64,000 nt of DNA from Eledone cirrhosa. Lineage: Eukaryota. A program made the translations under genes and the position numbers. The stretch covers positions 7,502,001 through 7,566,000 of the forward strand of contig OZ024747.1 of assembly GCA_964016885.1 (NCBI GenBank), in the 5' to 3' direction. The notes under the pieces were generated by a model. It saw nothing but the letters and a program-made list of their open reading frames with translations. It ran no database searches and was not told the DNA's origin. Position 1 is the stretch's first letter; each line of letters starts with the position of its first letter. Positions 38,699 to 52,797 of this stretch are shown here, one piece after another.

Positions 38699-38819
38699 TA
38701 ATATAGAAATAGCTTCTACAGGACTAGAATTGTTTCATTCAAAAGAAATCATCAGGGCTTTCCTGATTATTTCCTTCGCATGAAACAGTTCTAGTTCTGT
38801 AGAAGCCATTTCTATATTA
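38699..38819. repeat. Old imperfect palindrome with hammerhead-like core in each arm
   Basis: Arms of about 57 bp; the minus-strand arm reads CUGAUGA-UUUCUUUUGAAU-GAAAC-AAUUCUA-GUC, but the 5' strand of stem I is absent at the fold-back point. Confidence 0.6.
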
Positions 38820-38840
38820 AATATATCTATTCACACACAC

Positions 38841-38882
<42 letters not shown>

Positions 38883-39509
38883 CACACACACACACATCGA
38901 TAACCCGTACCAATATCTCTCAGTGGAATCAAGTGTCCGTGCCTCGATATAGTGAAGTGGTAACATCTGCTGACACAGCCTGTAAACATTGTCAATCAAG
39001 TCAGATATACTTGATAACGTTGTAGCTATATTGTATTACAGTTCAAATCTCACTAACCTTACACTCCACACTAATTGCCTATCTTTATGTTACAGTCGAC
39101 AAAATACACGTAATGTTGTTGTTGTTGTTGGTGATGATGATGATGTTGGAGGGGTGCTTGTGGTCATGATGGTGCTGGTGGTTTGCTCCTCTGTTTTCTA
39201 ATTTGCTTTCCCCTCACGCAACTTAGGGGGAGCATTAAATCAAATTGAAGGTTTGTTCCTGTTTTCTCATTTATTCTCCACTCACGCAACCCAGGTGGGC
39301 ATTAAATCAAATTGAAGTTTTATGAAGGAGGAATTTGTTGTTATTCTCTTGTTTCTTTTGATTACACTTAATAAAATATGTGAGACCTTCCCGAGAGCAT
39401 ATTTGAGCATTAACCCAAGTAGAAGTTTTATGATCAGTTAAAATAAGATTTTGTTTTTTATTTGTTTGCAACTAAGTAATTTGCAATAATAAATTATTCT
39501 AATAATTAA

Positions 39510-39698
39510 CTGTTTCTACTATTGGCACAAGGCCAGCAATTATCCCAGTGCATTACTGGTACTTTATTTCATCGACCCCCGTAAGGATGAAAGACAAAGT
39601 TAACCTTGGCGGGATTTGAACTCAGACCATAAAGGGGGATAACTCTATGCTGCAAAGCATGGCGTCCGACCCTCTACAGATACTGCCAATCCACCGAC
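39510..39698 (-). mobile_element. tRNA-derived SINE (main family)
   Basis: Near full-length copy; further copies or fragments at about 40680-40818, 42080-42230, 42255-42445, 46690-46875, 47367-47570, 58080-58250 (+) and 61290-61750. Confidence 0.8.
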
Positions 39699-40021
39699 CT
39701 ATTCTAATAATTAATGCTGTAAAAATATAATAAAGGAAAAATTACAAAGTGACAATTCAAAATGGAGGAGGAATTGGGGAAATTTGGAATCACAAGAGGA
39801 GGAATATAAACTTGGTCTCTGAGAACCACTGAGTTCATGCTTCTCACGCACATTTTAGTTGCATGGTGACAGGAATCTTTGCTCCAGCAAAAGATATAAC
39901 GTTTCTTTTTTTCTTCTGCAATGGGACTGAAATTTGAGGAGTTATTTCTAAGGTAAGATTCTGATCTGTTATATTTTCTTCTTTCGAAGTAGAGGTGGTG
40001 GTGGTTGTGGCGTTGGTGTTT

Positions 40022-40071
<50 letters not shown>

Positions 40072-40339
40072 AAGGCAGAAGGGGATGAGTAGGAAGGGGT
40101 GTTAAGTGTAGGCAGAAGGTTTAAATTGGAGGAAACCGGAAGGGAAATATATATCGAAATTCCAAGGACATTCCAACTGGTGACAGAGAGGGAGGGAGTG
40201 GTGGTAATAATGTCTTTAAAAAAATCTTATTTTTGATAGAAAAAATATTGAAGTCTTACAGGAAATAGCAGTTTTGTTGAATGACAGTGTATATACATTT
40301 TTGTTAGCCTGTGTACCAATATTTTACATTACTTACATC

Positions 40340-40670
40340 ATATAGGGTCCCTACCTACACTTTGTCTACATATCAAGGATAGGCAATTCCTTGATGGTAC
40401 CAGTTTTGTCATTTAACTTACTAAAACTTTGGGTTTTTCAAAGTTTGTACTGAACCCTTTTGCCCCATGGACAACGGCTTTAAACTCTTCAGTTATGGTC
40501 TGGAGAACTATAACAGGAGTGAACTAAAGATAGAGCCCTGATGAACACCTACCTGCACATTGGATTCCTCACAAAGCTCATTACCTACTCTCACTTTACT
40601 GACAGCACCTCAATACATGGCTTGCACTCCTCTCACAAGCCACTCATCTATATCCAGTTTCCTTAAGTCA
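40340..40670 (-). mobile_element. RTE-type RT internal fragment
   Basis: LRKLDIDEWLVRGVQAMY*GAVSKVRVGNELCEESNVQVGVHQGSI..., a decayed RT segment. Confidence 0.65.
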
Positions 40671-40937
40671 ATTAAATGACCCAGTGCATTACTGGTACTT
40701 TATTTTATCAACCCCCGTAAGGATGAAAGGCAAAGCTAACTCCAGCGAAATTTGAACCCAGATTGTAAGAGGCCATAACCCTATGCTGCCAAGCATGGTG
40801 TCTGACGCTCCACCGCCCTATTGACCCCACATAATAAAAATTGTCTTACATGCATTGAAATAATTTCTTACATAATGAAAATAAAAAAACAACAAAGTCA
40901 AGACAAGGCAGATTTTCTTTCTTCACTGACAAACATT

Positions 40938-40943
40938 TTTATT
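40938..40943 (-). terminator. Putative OGA polyadenylation signal (AATAAA)
   Basis: AATAAA about 715 nt after the OGA stop, followed by a GU/U-rich tract (TGCCTTGTCTTGACTTTGTTGTTTTTTT). Confidence 0.5.
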
Positions 40944-41139
40944 TACAAGTTAAATAGCTTGATAGAAAATATAACACAGCCATTGCTGTATGAAAGGGTT
41001 GATCACAGATAAAGTAAATTGGCCCACAGAAAAGGCCAGAAATTTGGCCATGCTCTTACACCTCATGCATGTATTGGATATTTATAAAACCCCTTCAGAA
41101 AAAGTGGATACAACATGGTAGCACTGCTCTCTGTATGTA

Positions 41140-41195
<56 letters not shown>

Positions 41196-41655
41196 ACACA
41201 CATATATCTCTCAAACAATGCCTCTACTCATTTGCAGATACCACTAACCATTCACCTTAAACTACCATTGCAACCATTCTCACTACTACCCCTACTACTA
41301 CATCACCACCCAGACAAACAAAAGTCTCTTGACATCACCACCACTAGCACCACCATCTTCATTTATCTGTCTGTTCAACAGAAGACAACTACAATACAGG
41401 AATCAGAAATGATAAAAAAAAATAATAATAAAATAGCGGCGCAATGGTGGTGGTAGAGGTGGTACTAGCTATGGTGAGTGTGGTGACAGCAGCAGTAATA
41501 GTAGTACAGGCAGTAGTACTGGTAGCAGCAGCAACAGCAGTAAGGACTTACACATATATATATATACATGTAGGTACATATATGTATGTATGTATGTATG
41601 TATGTACGTATGTATGTATGTACGTACATTAGCACACACAAGGGGTTTGATTGAT

Positions 41656-41955
41656 TTACATGATACGTCCCAGGTAGATAGTGTCTTCAGGACCAAGGTC
41701 AGGATTGATGAACTGGAAGAACCCTAAACGGCTGTAGAACTCCAGCAGATACTTGTCCCCAACGTTCAGCTCACAGAACACTCCAATAGAGCCATTGGTC
41801 TTCAGCGCGGAGAGACAGGCAGCCAACAGCCGGTATGGGATGGTCGGGTCGCAGATACGACCAGGGAGTATATCCATCCGAATCACCGATGGGTAGCGTT
41901 GAAACACACTCTCTGGAATACATGGTGGTTGGTTGTGGAAACTGAGTACCACCTC
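41656..41955 (-). CDS. OGA: O-GlcNAcase, last coding exon (pseudo-HAT domain end)
   Basis: EVVLSFHNQ...YPSVIRMDI...LLAACLSALKTNGSIGVFCEL...LLEFYSRLGF...YLGRIM*; (CT)n-ACAG acceptor, TAA stop; matches the human OGA C-terminus. Confidence 0.95.
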   Translation of the reverse strand, partial: EVVLSFHNQPPCIPESVFQRYPSVIRMDILPGRICDPTIPYRLLAACLSALKTNGSIGVFCELNVGDKYLLEFYSRLGFFQFINPDLGPEDTIYLGRIM

Positions 41956-41961
41956 CTGTAG

Positions 41962-41997
<36 letters not shown>

Positions 41998-42675
41998 AAG
42001 ATAAATAACAACAATGATAATGGTTTCTAAGTCACAAGACCAGCAACTTAGGTAAGAGCAACAAGTCAAGTCAATTGACACCAGTACATGACTGCTACTT
42101 TATTTTATTAACCCCTGAAAGATGGAAGGCAAAGCCGACTGCAGTGGAATTTGAACACAGAATGCAAAGAGTTGGAATACCACAAAGTATTCATTCTATG
42201 CACTAATTATTCTGCCAATCTACTGCCCTAAACAACAACAACAATAATAATATTAGTTTCTAATTTAAGCTCAAAGATAGCAATATGGGGAGATAAAATC
42301 GACCCTAGTAATTGATTATTTTATTGGCATCAGAAAGATGAAGGGTGAAGTTGACAGGATTTGAACTCAGAACATAAAGAAACATAACTTGATACCGAAA
42401 AACATTTTGTTCAAAGTTCTAATGTTCCTGACAATCCACAGCCCTACTCTTGATATAGGGAACATCAACCTTTAACTTGAGCTGACTCATCAAATACATA
42501 GGATTTAACCCCTGTAATGTTTGTGTAAAAGATCCTGCTGATTACTCACAATATTGGCGAGAGATAGAGGGAGGGGGGAGGGTATCCTGATTGACAGATA
42601 AGCAGCGAGCTGGTAAGAGAAAAATTAACAGACATTCTAAGAGAAAGACTGATACACAGACATGTACTTTTACTT

Positions 42676-42709
<34 letters not shown>

Positions 42710-42930
42710 CACCAACACTACCACCATTACTACAACTTCCAAGCTCCAGCAAATACAATAAATGTTCTCCATATTCTCCTAAAACAAATGATTCCTTTGT
42801 CCAATAGTATAGCTAGAGTGTGTACTACCCGGAGCAGTCCTTATGTTTGTACCCCACCACCACCCATCTTCCATAAAAGCAGACCGACCTTCCAGCTATG
42901 CTACTGCCACTGCCCAAGGAAAATACTTAC

Positions 42931-43120
42931 ATCGGCAGGCGTCAATTCATCTTTGACAGGTTTCGGGTACTTCTCACACATAGCTGGAATCCATGAATTC
43001 TGTGACCTCTGTTGGAACATCTTAGCATCAAGAGCTGCAAGAGCGTAGGAACAGACCCCTTTTTCATCTTCAACAACAAAGCAGTATTCTTGGTTGATGG
43101 TTAATAAACCACCGACGAGT
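42931..43120 (-). CDS. OGA: O-GlcNAcase exon (pseudo-HAT domain)
   Basis: LVGGLLTINQEYCFVVEDEKGVCSYALAALD...SWIPAMCEKYPKP...LTPAD; TTTCAG / GTAAGT; phases 2 and 0 fit the neighbours. Confidence 0.95.
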
Positions 43121-44673
43121 CTGAAACGGAAACAAAGAAATAGTTCATTAAGGAAAGTTTCATAATTGATATTTTGAAATTTTCAACATAACATTAACAT
43201 GACATAATCATTAGGATCAACAGAAGACATTTATCACACTTAACTACATTCCTGTTTATATGGATGGAGAGTGGGTGGGGTGGAGTGGGCTGAATAGGTG
43301 GAGTAGGAACTATGAGACAGGCAGCTGGGGGAGGGGGGCAAGGCGTACAGCCGGATGGAGAGAAAAGAGACAAATATAGAGACAACTAGAGGCAGATAAA
43401 CAGTAGAAGACATTTCTAATAACTTAGCCACATGTAACTTGAATTCAGGCAAGTAGTCATAACAGCCAGTGGCATAATGGACAGTAAGAACAGTAAAACA
43501 TTGCAGGAAACCAAGATTAGTGGGTTCAATCTCAGCTTGATCATATGTATATACATGTGTCATATGATAAAGACTCTAATCAAATTAAAAGGGAGTTTTT
43601 ACATGGTAGTGTGAGTTTAGAGAGAATTAGCTGATATTTCTAGCAGGTCATATAACCAACTTTGAAGAAAGAAAAGAGGAAACAAAAAAGAGAATGGCAT
43701 ATTGGATAGATATATTATGTTTGAAGAAAACAGGATGGTCACAACTGGAGTGTCTGATCATCAGTCTGCTATGTCAAGGTTGAATTGAAACTAAACAAAG
43801 GCTAAACTGTTCAAAACATGTTTTAGAAAATAAAAAATAAAAAAAAAATTTAAAAAATAAAAAAATGGATATTTTTTTTATAATCTTTTTAATTAAAATT
43901 AGAAAAACAGAAATTATAGATGAAGTTAACCGTTCTAAAAATGTTTCTATCAGCACTAGAGCAATGGTTGCTGGTATAAATAAGCTATTTGTAAAGAAGA
44001 GAATTGCTTTAGTGTCATATAAAGTGTGTGGAGCATACATTGGAATGTGGCTTGATAGAGCTTAAAAGTTAAATATAGGAGATAAAATACTGATAAGCGA
44101 TACAAAAAAAGTATCAGAATACCTCGAGAAAGGATCAATCTACAACATTTCTCTTCACCTCATCTTACAGTACATGCACAACACACACACATACTAATAT
44201 TTTTATTTCCAATCTAATTTATATAAGTACTGGACTTCATCCTATCCATTTTATTTAGTGACTTACTTATTACATGATACTGACTAGTTTGAAATACATG
44301 ATACTGACTAGTTTGAAATACATAAGCTTAACCAGAGAGAGTAGATAGACAGGCAGAGAGAGAGAGAGATTTTTTTAAATATCTGTATAGATCTACCTCC
44401 CTAATCCCCATGTACCTCTACCACCCCAACCCCCAGTCCAAACTGTAAAGTGGTCGTTTTGGTGCCATGACAAAAAGCACCTGGTCTACATTATGTGGTT
44501 GACATTAGAAAGGGCATCCAGCCATAGAAACTTAGCCAGAAACAGTCCTATATGAGCAAGACATGGTCACCTAATCTGGCTTGTCTCACAATGGAACAAC
44601 TAGTCTAATCCATGCTAGTGTGGAAAAATTTATATTAAACAGTGATAATGATGATGATGATGTGCGTTGTAAG

Positions 44674-44744
<71 letters not shown>

Positions 44745-45067
44745 TATATTCTATTGGCCTGAATAACCTTCTTAGGATGTAAAAGCTACTGTTTTAAATT
44801 ACAAAATTCTAATGTTTTAGCTATACATGGTCTAGAAGAAAACCCTTCAGTGGAGATATAATGGAGATGTAAATACTTGACTCAATAGAGAATACATGGA
44901 GGTATTTGTGTAAATTTAATATTTCAGGTGTTGTAAACATAAAGAGACCTGTTATCTTCTGTCCTCTACTAATGAAACATATAGCTGACCCACACAGCCA
45001 TATAACAAATTATGAACCCCCACCTTCTACTCTGTTATAATAATTGTTGGTATTGTTACTACAGTAC

Positions 45068-45159
45068 CTGTCTCCTATAAGGTCAGGCATGTCTGGGAAA
45101 ACATCTGTACCATCCATTCCATCATCACAGGTTCTACGACATACTTCATATATTGCCGG
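45068..45159 (-). CDS. OGA: O-GlcNAcase exon
   Basis: PAIYEVCRRTCDDGMDGTDVFPDMPDLIGD(R); TTTCAG / GTACTG. Confidence 0.93.
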
Positions 45160-46299
45160 CTGAAAGAAAACAACAACATAGCAGGTAAGAAAATATAAAA
45201 ACCCTGATTCAGGTTGGAAACAAGAAAACATATTAGATTATTTCCTTTTCTTCTTGAACTCAAGATACCAAATTTATAATGTGAAACAATTGGGATTTAA
45301 AGTTCATACCAAGAAATACAGAAGACTAAGTTATTTAGTATGACACCCTAATGTTACTGCTACTCAACTGTCTCAGTGTACTAAAACAAGGGTGGAAAAC
45401 ATTTGTATGCAGGAAGGCTGCATTGAATTTAACTAACATCCAATGAGGCCACATTTTGCAAAAATTTTGTCCCTCTAAACTTCAGTTATTTTACGAAATA
45501 TAATTATTTATAAAAACTGTAACAAAATCTAAAAAAATATTTTAAAATTAACCATTAAAAATGGCTTTCTTGAGATTGCTTATGGGAATCCATTTCAATG
45601 TTTGGTTCCCATGTATGAAGGTTCACCTTTAAATGTGTTTTTTTTTTTTCAGGATATAACAGTCTTTCAGAGGACCACACTCAGTCTTAAGATCACAAGC
45701 TTCCCACCCCTGTACTAGATTAACAATACACCACCACTACATCTACAGTGCACTATAAACTGTTTGTTGCTTTTTTATCCCAACATCAGCCTTGGTCCAG
45801 AACTATGATGAAAAGCATTCTGCCATAATGAACTCATCATTTTGTTTTCAGGCAGTATATATAAGACTACATTATCTAATACATCCTTCCTTTTTTTTTT
45901 TTTTAAGACAGTAGGGCATGATTAGTGGGAGATTTGACTGCTATTTCTAGCAAGTCAAACAAGCTTGTAAAGGCCTCATTACTTCAAGCCTGTGTTTTCT
46001 AGGATTAATGCCATTTTTCTAGTGAAATGGAGTACAATCAATTGAATACCAATATATTAATGATACTTATTTTATAGACTTAAGCAGGATAAAGGTAAAA
46101 GTTGTAGTAGTAGTGGTGGTGGTAGTAGTTTCTAACATAGACACAAGGTTAAATTTTTGGAAGAGATGTGGTCAATTATATTGATTTCAGTACTTGAAAG
46201 GTATTTTACTGGCTCGGGAAAGATGAAAGGCAAAACACTCCATATTGTCTGAGGCTACCTGGAACAGGCACAACAAGACTACAGAAAATATGCAGGAGT

Positions 46300-46589
46300 T
46301 ACAAGGCCAAAATAACTGAAAAGGTTGCATATTTATTACTATAGCAATAAAATCCAAAAGAAACACCATATTGAAGCTGACCAAGTACAGAGACCTGGAG
46401 AATGAGATCAACAGGATGCAGGATATGAAGATCAAAATAATCCCTGTAGTCATCAGAACTCTAGGACTCATGAAGGGAATTCGAAAATTCATAAACTGTA
46501 TCCAAAGCAATACCAACATCTACACAGTCGAGAGGATTGCCCTAATGGGAACAGGTCACATGCTACGGACAATACTGTCAATCAAGTGA
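46300..46589 (+). mobile_element. 3' fragment of R4/Dong-type non-LTR retrotransposon in an OGA intron
   Basis: KLTKYRDLENEINRM...KIIPVVIRTLG...IALMGTGHMLRTIL is the typical RLE C-terminus of R4/Dong elements. Confidence 0.7.
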
Positions 46590-47002
46590 CCCTTTTTTCT
46601 TATAGCGACTCAAGCCTATAGTTTGAACCCAACACTAAAGGATGTAAAATAAGGCGTACAAAAGAAATAGTAATGTTAACAATGATGGTTTCTAATTTAG
46701 GCACAAAACTTGCAATTCTTGGATCAGAAAAAAGTTGCTTAAAGCCACCTCAGTACCAGACTGGAAGGATGACAGGTAAATTTGACTGAGAAATAATTTG
46801 AACTCCAAACTTAAAGGGCTGTAACTAAATACCACTTTGTCGAATGCACTAGCAATTCAGCTAATCCAATGCCTTAATAATTATAATTTATTTCATTTTT
46901 TTTTTTTTTAAATAATAGTATTTCCAACATAGGTAAATGGCTAAAAATTTGTGGGGAAGGGTTAGTCGAAGTGACCCTAGTTCTTGACATTTACTTATTA
47001 AT

Positions 47003-47187
47003 TGTTTCTACTTTTGGCACAAGGCCAGCAATTACCCAGTGCATTACTGGTACTTTATCTTATCGGCCCTGTAAGGATAAAAGGCAAAGTTAACCGAGGT
47101 AGGATTTGAACTCAGACCATAAAGGTACGTAACTCTATGCTACAAAGTATGACATCCGACCCTCAACTGATACTGCCAATCCACCGA
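47003..47187 (-). mobile_element. tRNA-derived SINE (main family), intronic
   Basis: Same consensus as 16216 and 39510, with several CpG positions altered. Confidence 0.8.
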
Positions 47188-48114
47188 ATAATAATAGCAA
47201 TAAGGATTTCTGACATTAAGACAAAACCACAGGTTTTATTTTAGAGTAGTGATATTATAAAGTACGTTGAAATAGTATTAGATTGATATATCTATCAACA
47301 CTAGAAGACGTAGGAAATTCAACTCCAGTGGAGCTTGGATTCAGAACAAAGATTTAGCTATATTTATTTCTAATTTAGGCACAAGGTCTACAATTTTGAG
47401 GGAAAAGAAGTTGATTATATCAACCCCAGTGCTAGACAGGTACTTTATTTTATCGACCTAGGAAGGATGAAAGGTAAAGTTGACCGTGGCAGGATTTGAA
47501 CTCAGAATGTAAAAGGCTATAACTAAACACTGCAAAGCATTTTGCCTGGCATTCAAATAATTCTGCTAATCTCCTTATCTTCTTAGTTATAATAATTCTT
47601 TAACACAACTAAAATATTCCTTGTCATCCATAAAATTAAAACAAATGAAAATCATTCTCTTTGACTTCAGTGATTTACTTTTTCTTTTGTGTTCATATAT
47701 ATATATAGTGTCCCCCAAAAATGTATACACACTTCAACACCATTCATTTTTGTGGACACCATTCGTTTTTTTATTATGAGAATAAAATCCCAACATGTGT
47801 TGAGAAATACCAATTTACCTTTATTTTATGTCAAGCAGGACACGGGGGAAGAGGAGGAAAATTTACCGTAAAAACAAAATGCAAATATGTATAAAGATAA
47901 AAACACCATACCCACACTCAGCCAATCCTTAGTATCGAGCGTTGCCCGTAATTTGCCGTCGGTAAAGACAGTGCAGAAAAACATCAGAAGACAGACAGAC
48001 TATAATCAGAGCTAGAAAAACGATAAGAATGTTTTGTCGCATGTTTAGAGAGTGCAAGCTGGAGTAAGGAAGAAGAAGGAAAATGTTTGGGGGGGCGCGC
48101 AGCACAAAACCTAC

Positions 48115-48219
48115 CTCATCAGCTGCAACATACGGTCGTATCATATAAAACTTGTTGACGGGGGGGTCTGGAGGTTTCAGGAAAAAAAGGTCATGAGCGC
48201 CATCAATTGGCAGCATGTG
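48115..48219 (-). CDS. OGA: O-GlcNAcase exon (105 nt, phase 0-0)
   Basis: HMLPIDGAHDLFFLKPPDPPVNKFYMIRPYVAADE vs human RLLPIDGANDLFFQPPP...VYTIRPYFPKDE; TTTAG / GTAGGT. Confidence 0.95.
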
Positions 48220-51200
48220 CTAAAGTTGAAAAAAAAAATTGGAGGGGAAAAAAAAGAGAAAGAAAGAAAAAGAAGCCATCAATTAGTAATCCTGTGGAAA
48301 ATTTGAAATGAATTAGCAACAACGCGCAAAAAATGAGTGACACATTTCTGCAGATCTCGCTTGCGCAGATGTTACGGGCAAGTTCCCCCATATAATCGCA
48401 CTTTAATTTTTTTCTAAAAAAGTTAAGAAAATGAAGGAGCAGACCATAGGAAAGATTTTTACAGGACAGAAGAGAATGTGGTTTAATTGGGATATGGGTT
48501 GTCTTTTTTTTCTTCTTGCTAACAATGTGTTTAGATTTCCTTCCATTATTACTACAATATGTCCCTTTCAAAACAGATAAGATGATTACATTTTTGTTTA
48601 TTTGTTTTGCTCATTCCATATCTGAAGACATCCTCGAGTTAATGGCTGGTAATATGTGCATCTATATAAACGTACATAAGTATAATATATTTACTTATTA
48701 AATTAATGTCTCTCTCAATACATTGGTTTAGTAGAGAGGATATATTTATTAAATTAGTATTAGTCAGTTTTAATGATAAGTATTCCAGCTGTTAATTCAG
48801 TTGAACTCCTTACTTAATTATACAGTGATTGAGTATTCTGCAAATACATACACCCTTAATGTAATCTCCAAGCATAGTCAGCCAGACACAATATGTGACA
48901 AAGTTGAGCCTTTGAATTTTAAATGCTCTGCTATTTGAACCACCCTTAACAATAGGATATTTTAACTGTCGATAACTTAATCATCCAGTTTGAACTCACA
49001 GGAAACTGAGGACGGTAATGTGTATTGAGGTTCTCTCATCTTACCAAAGAAAATAGTGAAGTACTGCCTTATAATCACACATCTTATATATCAAGAAATG
49101 TTAGAGTCAATGACTCACTACCATAAATATCCAGTGTATGTGGAAAACAAGTCTGCTTAGTAAAATGAGTCAACTCACTTTTATCCAGACTACTGACTAC
49201 GAATGGATATTGAAGGTAGAGGGAGTAAGTGGTAGTGACTCAAAGATCAATCAAGAATTGAACCACTTTCTGTAACTCATTTGCCAAGAAGTTACAAACT
49301 GTTAAACATAACTGACAGTAGCTGGGAATGTATTATATAATATTCATTTCAGCATAGATGATGCACTTATAGATATTAGAGAAAATAGATAAAATTAGAG
49401 TAAATAGTGAAATATATTCAATATTTTAGGAAAAAAAAAATCAAAATGTTTTTTTTTAAAATAATGTAAAAAAATCCCAGTTACTTTGACAGTATAGTTA
49501 AATACTTATTTTAATCTCCACTTCATTCCAATATTAAGAAGACTAGTTAATAGCTTGCGATTGGTAAGAAATACCTAGAGCAGCAAAAATAGAGACAATT
49601 TGCAAAATGTTTTGACTGTTTATTAAGTTCAATCCATCTTTTGATCAATCGCCAATAAACTTAAGAAATAACATCAGTTGTTTGGAATAAATGATACATA
49701 CTCCACACTAAAACAATTAAAAAAACAACACTGAAAGATTGGGTACTTTTATCAGAAGTCAGTACTTGGGGTAGGCCCCAATGGTCTCTCTCTCTCTCTA
49801 CAGTTTCCCTTATGTAATGCCACTGTTTAATACATAATTCCATATCCTCCTCTTCTATAGTTTATGACTGGCACCAAAACATGTATCGGATCCAGAGGCC
49901 CAGTGGTGCTACTTACCTAGCTCAATGTAGTGGTTTATATCAACTTTACCCTTTCCCTCAACAAAACATACTACAAACACAGAAAATTTACTAGATTGAA
50001 GAATAAAAAACAAAATAGTAAAGGGGCTGAGCTGATAACATTACAGATAAATGTTGTCAATATTGGGGTAAGAAAAAGGGGAAAGTAGCGTGTGGTTGAT
50101 GGGGAGGGGGGTGTAAGAGATTACCCAGGGTCTGCTCTATGTCTTTATTCAACACACAAAAAAAAAAAAACGTTCCTCAAGCTTAACACAAAAAGAGGGA
50201 TTAACAAAGAACTCAGTGCTTTGTGCTCAACTTAGCTACTCCCCTCTCAATCTATAACAAAGCATATACAACTAACGTATTCAGTTTACCTATGTGTGTG
50301 TGTTGATGTGCGCATACACGAAACCAACCAAACATTGAGTGGTTTATAACCTAAATTCTAACAGCAAAGTCTACCAACTAAAAGTAAATAATTACCACAA
50401 AGTAGTACATTTTACTGATATAAGCAGCAGAAGCACTGTAAAATTGCCAAACGGTTCATAAACTTTCACTGCTAAATTAGAATTTTCTCTGTGGGTGTGT
50501 GTAGACAGAAGTAGGCTCACCCTAGCAAGCTTACAAAAGATACCAAACATAATGACCGAGTCTTTATTGGTTTTCCTATAAACCAATACAATGAAACTCA
50601 TATGTAAACAGATACACACGCACACACCCCAAAAGGGTGCCAGCTGACATAAAAAAATTTCTCAGTGAAAAAGTAGTTAAAACAAAAATTAAAGACTTAA
50701 CAGCACAAATTATCGACCCAAATTATGCCATTAACAATTTTAAGGTTAAAATTAAATTTGTTTTTAATAATTATTAACATTTTATAATATTATAAAGTTA
50801 GTTTATTATTGTATTGTTTTTACTTGTATTAACTTTTTTAAAATGCAGTGGTAACATGTAGAAAAATATTTAAGATTTATTAGAAATATAACCACTAATA
50901 CTACTATTTCTGATAATAATTGTTCAGGTCTGGTGTAATTGAGAGAGAGGAGAGTAACCAGCAGAGCATAAAACACAAGAGTATCAAGGTGAACAAAATA
51001 TCTAAGAAATCAGAAATCAGTTTCAAACAAAAATAATTCCAAACTCTACAGTTTTAGGCACTTTGGTGCAATTTTTGTAAAAATATATTAAAAACATATA
51101 CATATATATATACATACATATAGATATACATATACAGGTATATATAAAGTAAAAGGAAAGACAGTTTAATGAGATAATTTAGTTATACTGATATAAACAT

Positions 51201-51525
51201 AAAACTTACTTCAAAAAATATATTTATAAAAACAATGTATGTTAAGGATAGAAAAAAAGTGATTTCTGGCCTTAGAGTTAAAAGTCTTTTCAGCGCGCAC
51301 ATCTTTGCAACTGCAAAAGAATGTTTCCTTTTTAATAATAAATGAGAAAAATGTTTTGAAGAAATTCAACATTGCAAGTTTCCTGCAAAACAACTTTTAA
51401 AGAGCTCTTGGACAGAAAATAATATCAAGTTTAAACTATTAATTTTCAAATCAGTATGAAAAGATTGTAATGCAGAAAATGTATGTGTATATATATAAAC
51501 AACGTTAATATATCATTTTATATAT

Positions 51526-51569
<44 letters not shown>

Positions 51570-52797
51570 TCTATATAAATATATATAAACTTAAATACAT
51601 ATACATATATGCACACAAGCATACTGAAAAAATATAAAAATATGTTAATGTAAAAATCATTGAGAGAAGTTACAGTCCGAAAATTAAAATCAAGCTTAAA
51701 AGTAAAATAAAATTAGTGAGGCGGTGAGGGGATATCTAATAAAAGAGCATTATTTTACACTAAGAGAAGTACAGAACTAGTGCTAAGAAAGAGAGAGCTG
51801 GGGAATAATTTTCCTGGACAGCAAATGGGGAAAAAGAGAGCACGAAAACTTCTGTTGTATTCCAAATAAAGACAAGTAAAGTTGAATTTCTTCAAAAACA
51901 ACGCAGCGCCAAAAATGAAAGACAATCTTCATGAAATTTGTGTTTTTTAAGCTTGAGGAAAGTGGTTGTACTTGAAGAAATATAAATAAGTTAAACATCA
52001 TCAAATGAAAAAATAATAATGGACAAACTGAAATTACATTTTGAGGTGCAACACATGAGACAGACAATCACTACTTTGTGGACTCTATTGTTGTTGTTTT
52101 GGTTTTTCTTTTGATACTAAGAAGTTGAAATCATGTTTTGTTTTATCTCATTTTTCCTAGCATATCATATATTTAATGAGAACCAGTTTTAAGGTTGTCT
52201 TTTAGTCTGTCCCTCTTTTTCAACAATCACCAGCTTGTCGATATCAATTTTACTTTAACATCTAGGTTATCACATACATATCAACTACATCATTAGATGT
52301 TCAAGTTTTGCATTTACAGGATATTCAAGATGTGTTGACTGCACCAAAATATTTACTGTTATGGTTATGGGTGATTTGCATATCCAGTTGAATAAAGGAC
52401 ATTAGATGCTGATTTATTTTTCTTATGAAAGTATAGAAAAACAAAAACAAACAAATCAACAGAAGATTTTTGTAGGATATGTGAAAATATTCTTTTCTTC
52501 ATATCAACAAAATAAAGTGACAATGTGGCTCATGAGTTGCATATTAAAAATAAATTTTTTAAATTATTTCTTGAACTGTTAAGATTAAAATCACACACAA
52601 AAAAAAAAGGCATATATATATATTTTAGATTTTTCCTTTCTACGAGACTTCATGGCTTTTTTTTTTTTTTTTTTCAGTTGTCTATTTTTCCTTCGCAATT
52701 AAAAATTTGTTTATATTTTTAAATCTGTCGCAACATCTGGTGCCAGGATTTTTAGGGTTGCTGAAAAAGTTGTTGTAGTAGCCATTGGCATACATAC

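Noticed and set aside
47705-47762. Tiny inverted repeat GTGTCCCCCAAAAATG...CATTTTTGTGGACAC
   Set aside because: Probably an internally deleted Tc1-type MITE remnant; too short to classify confidently.
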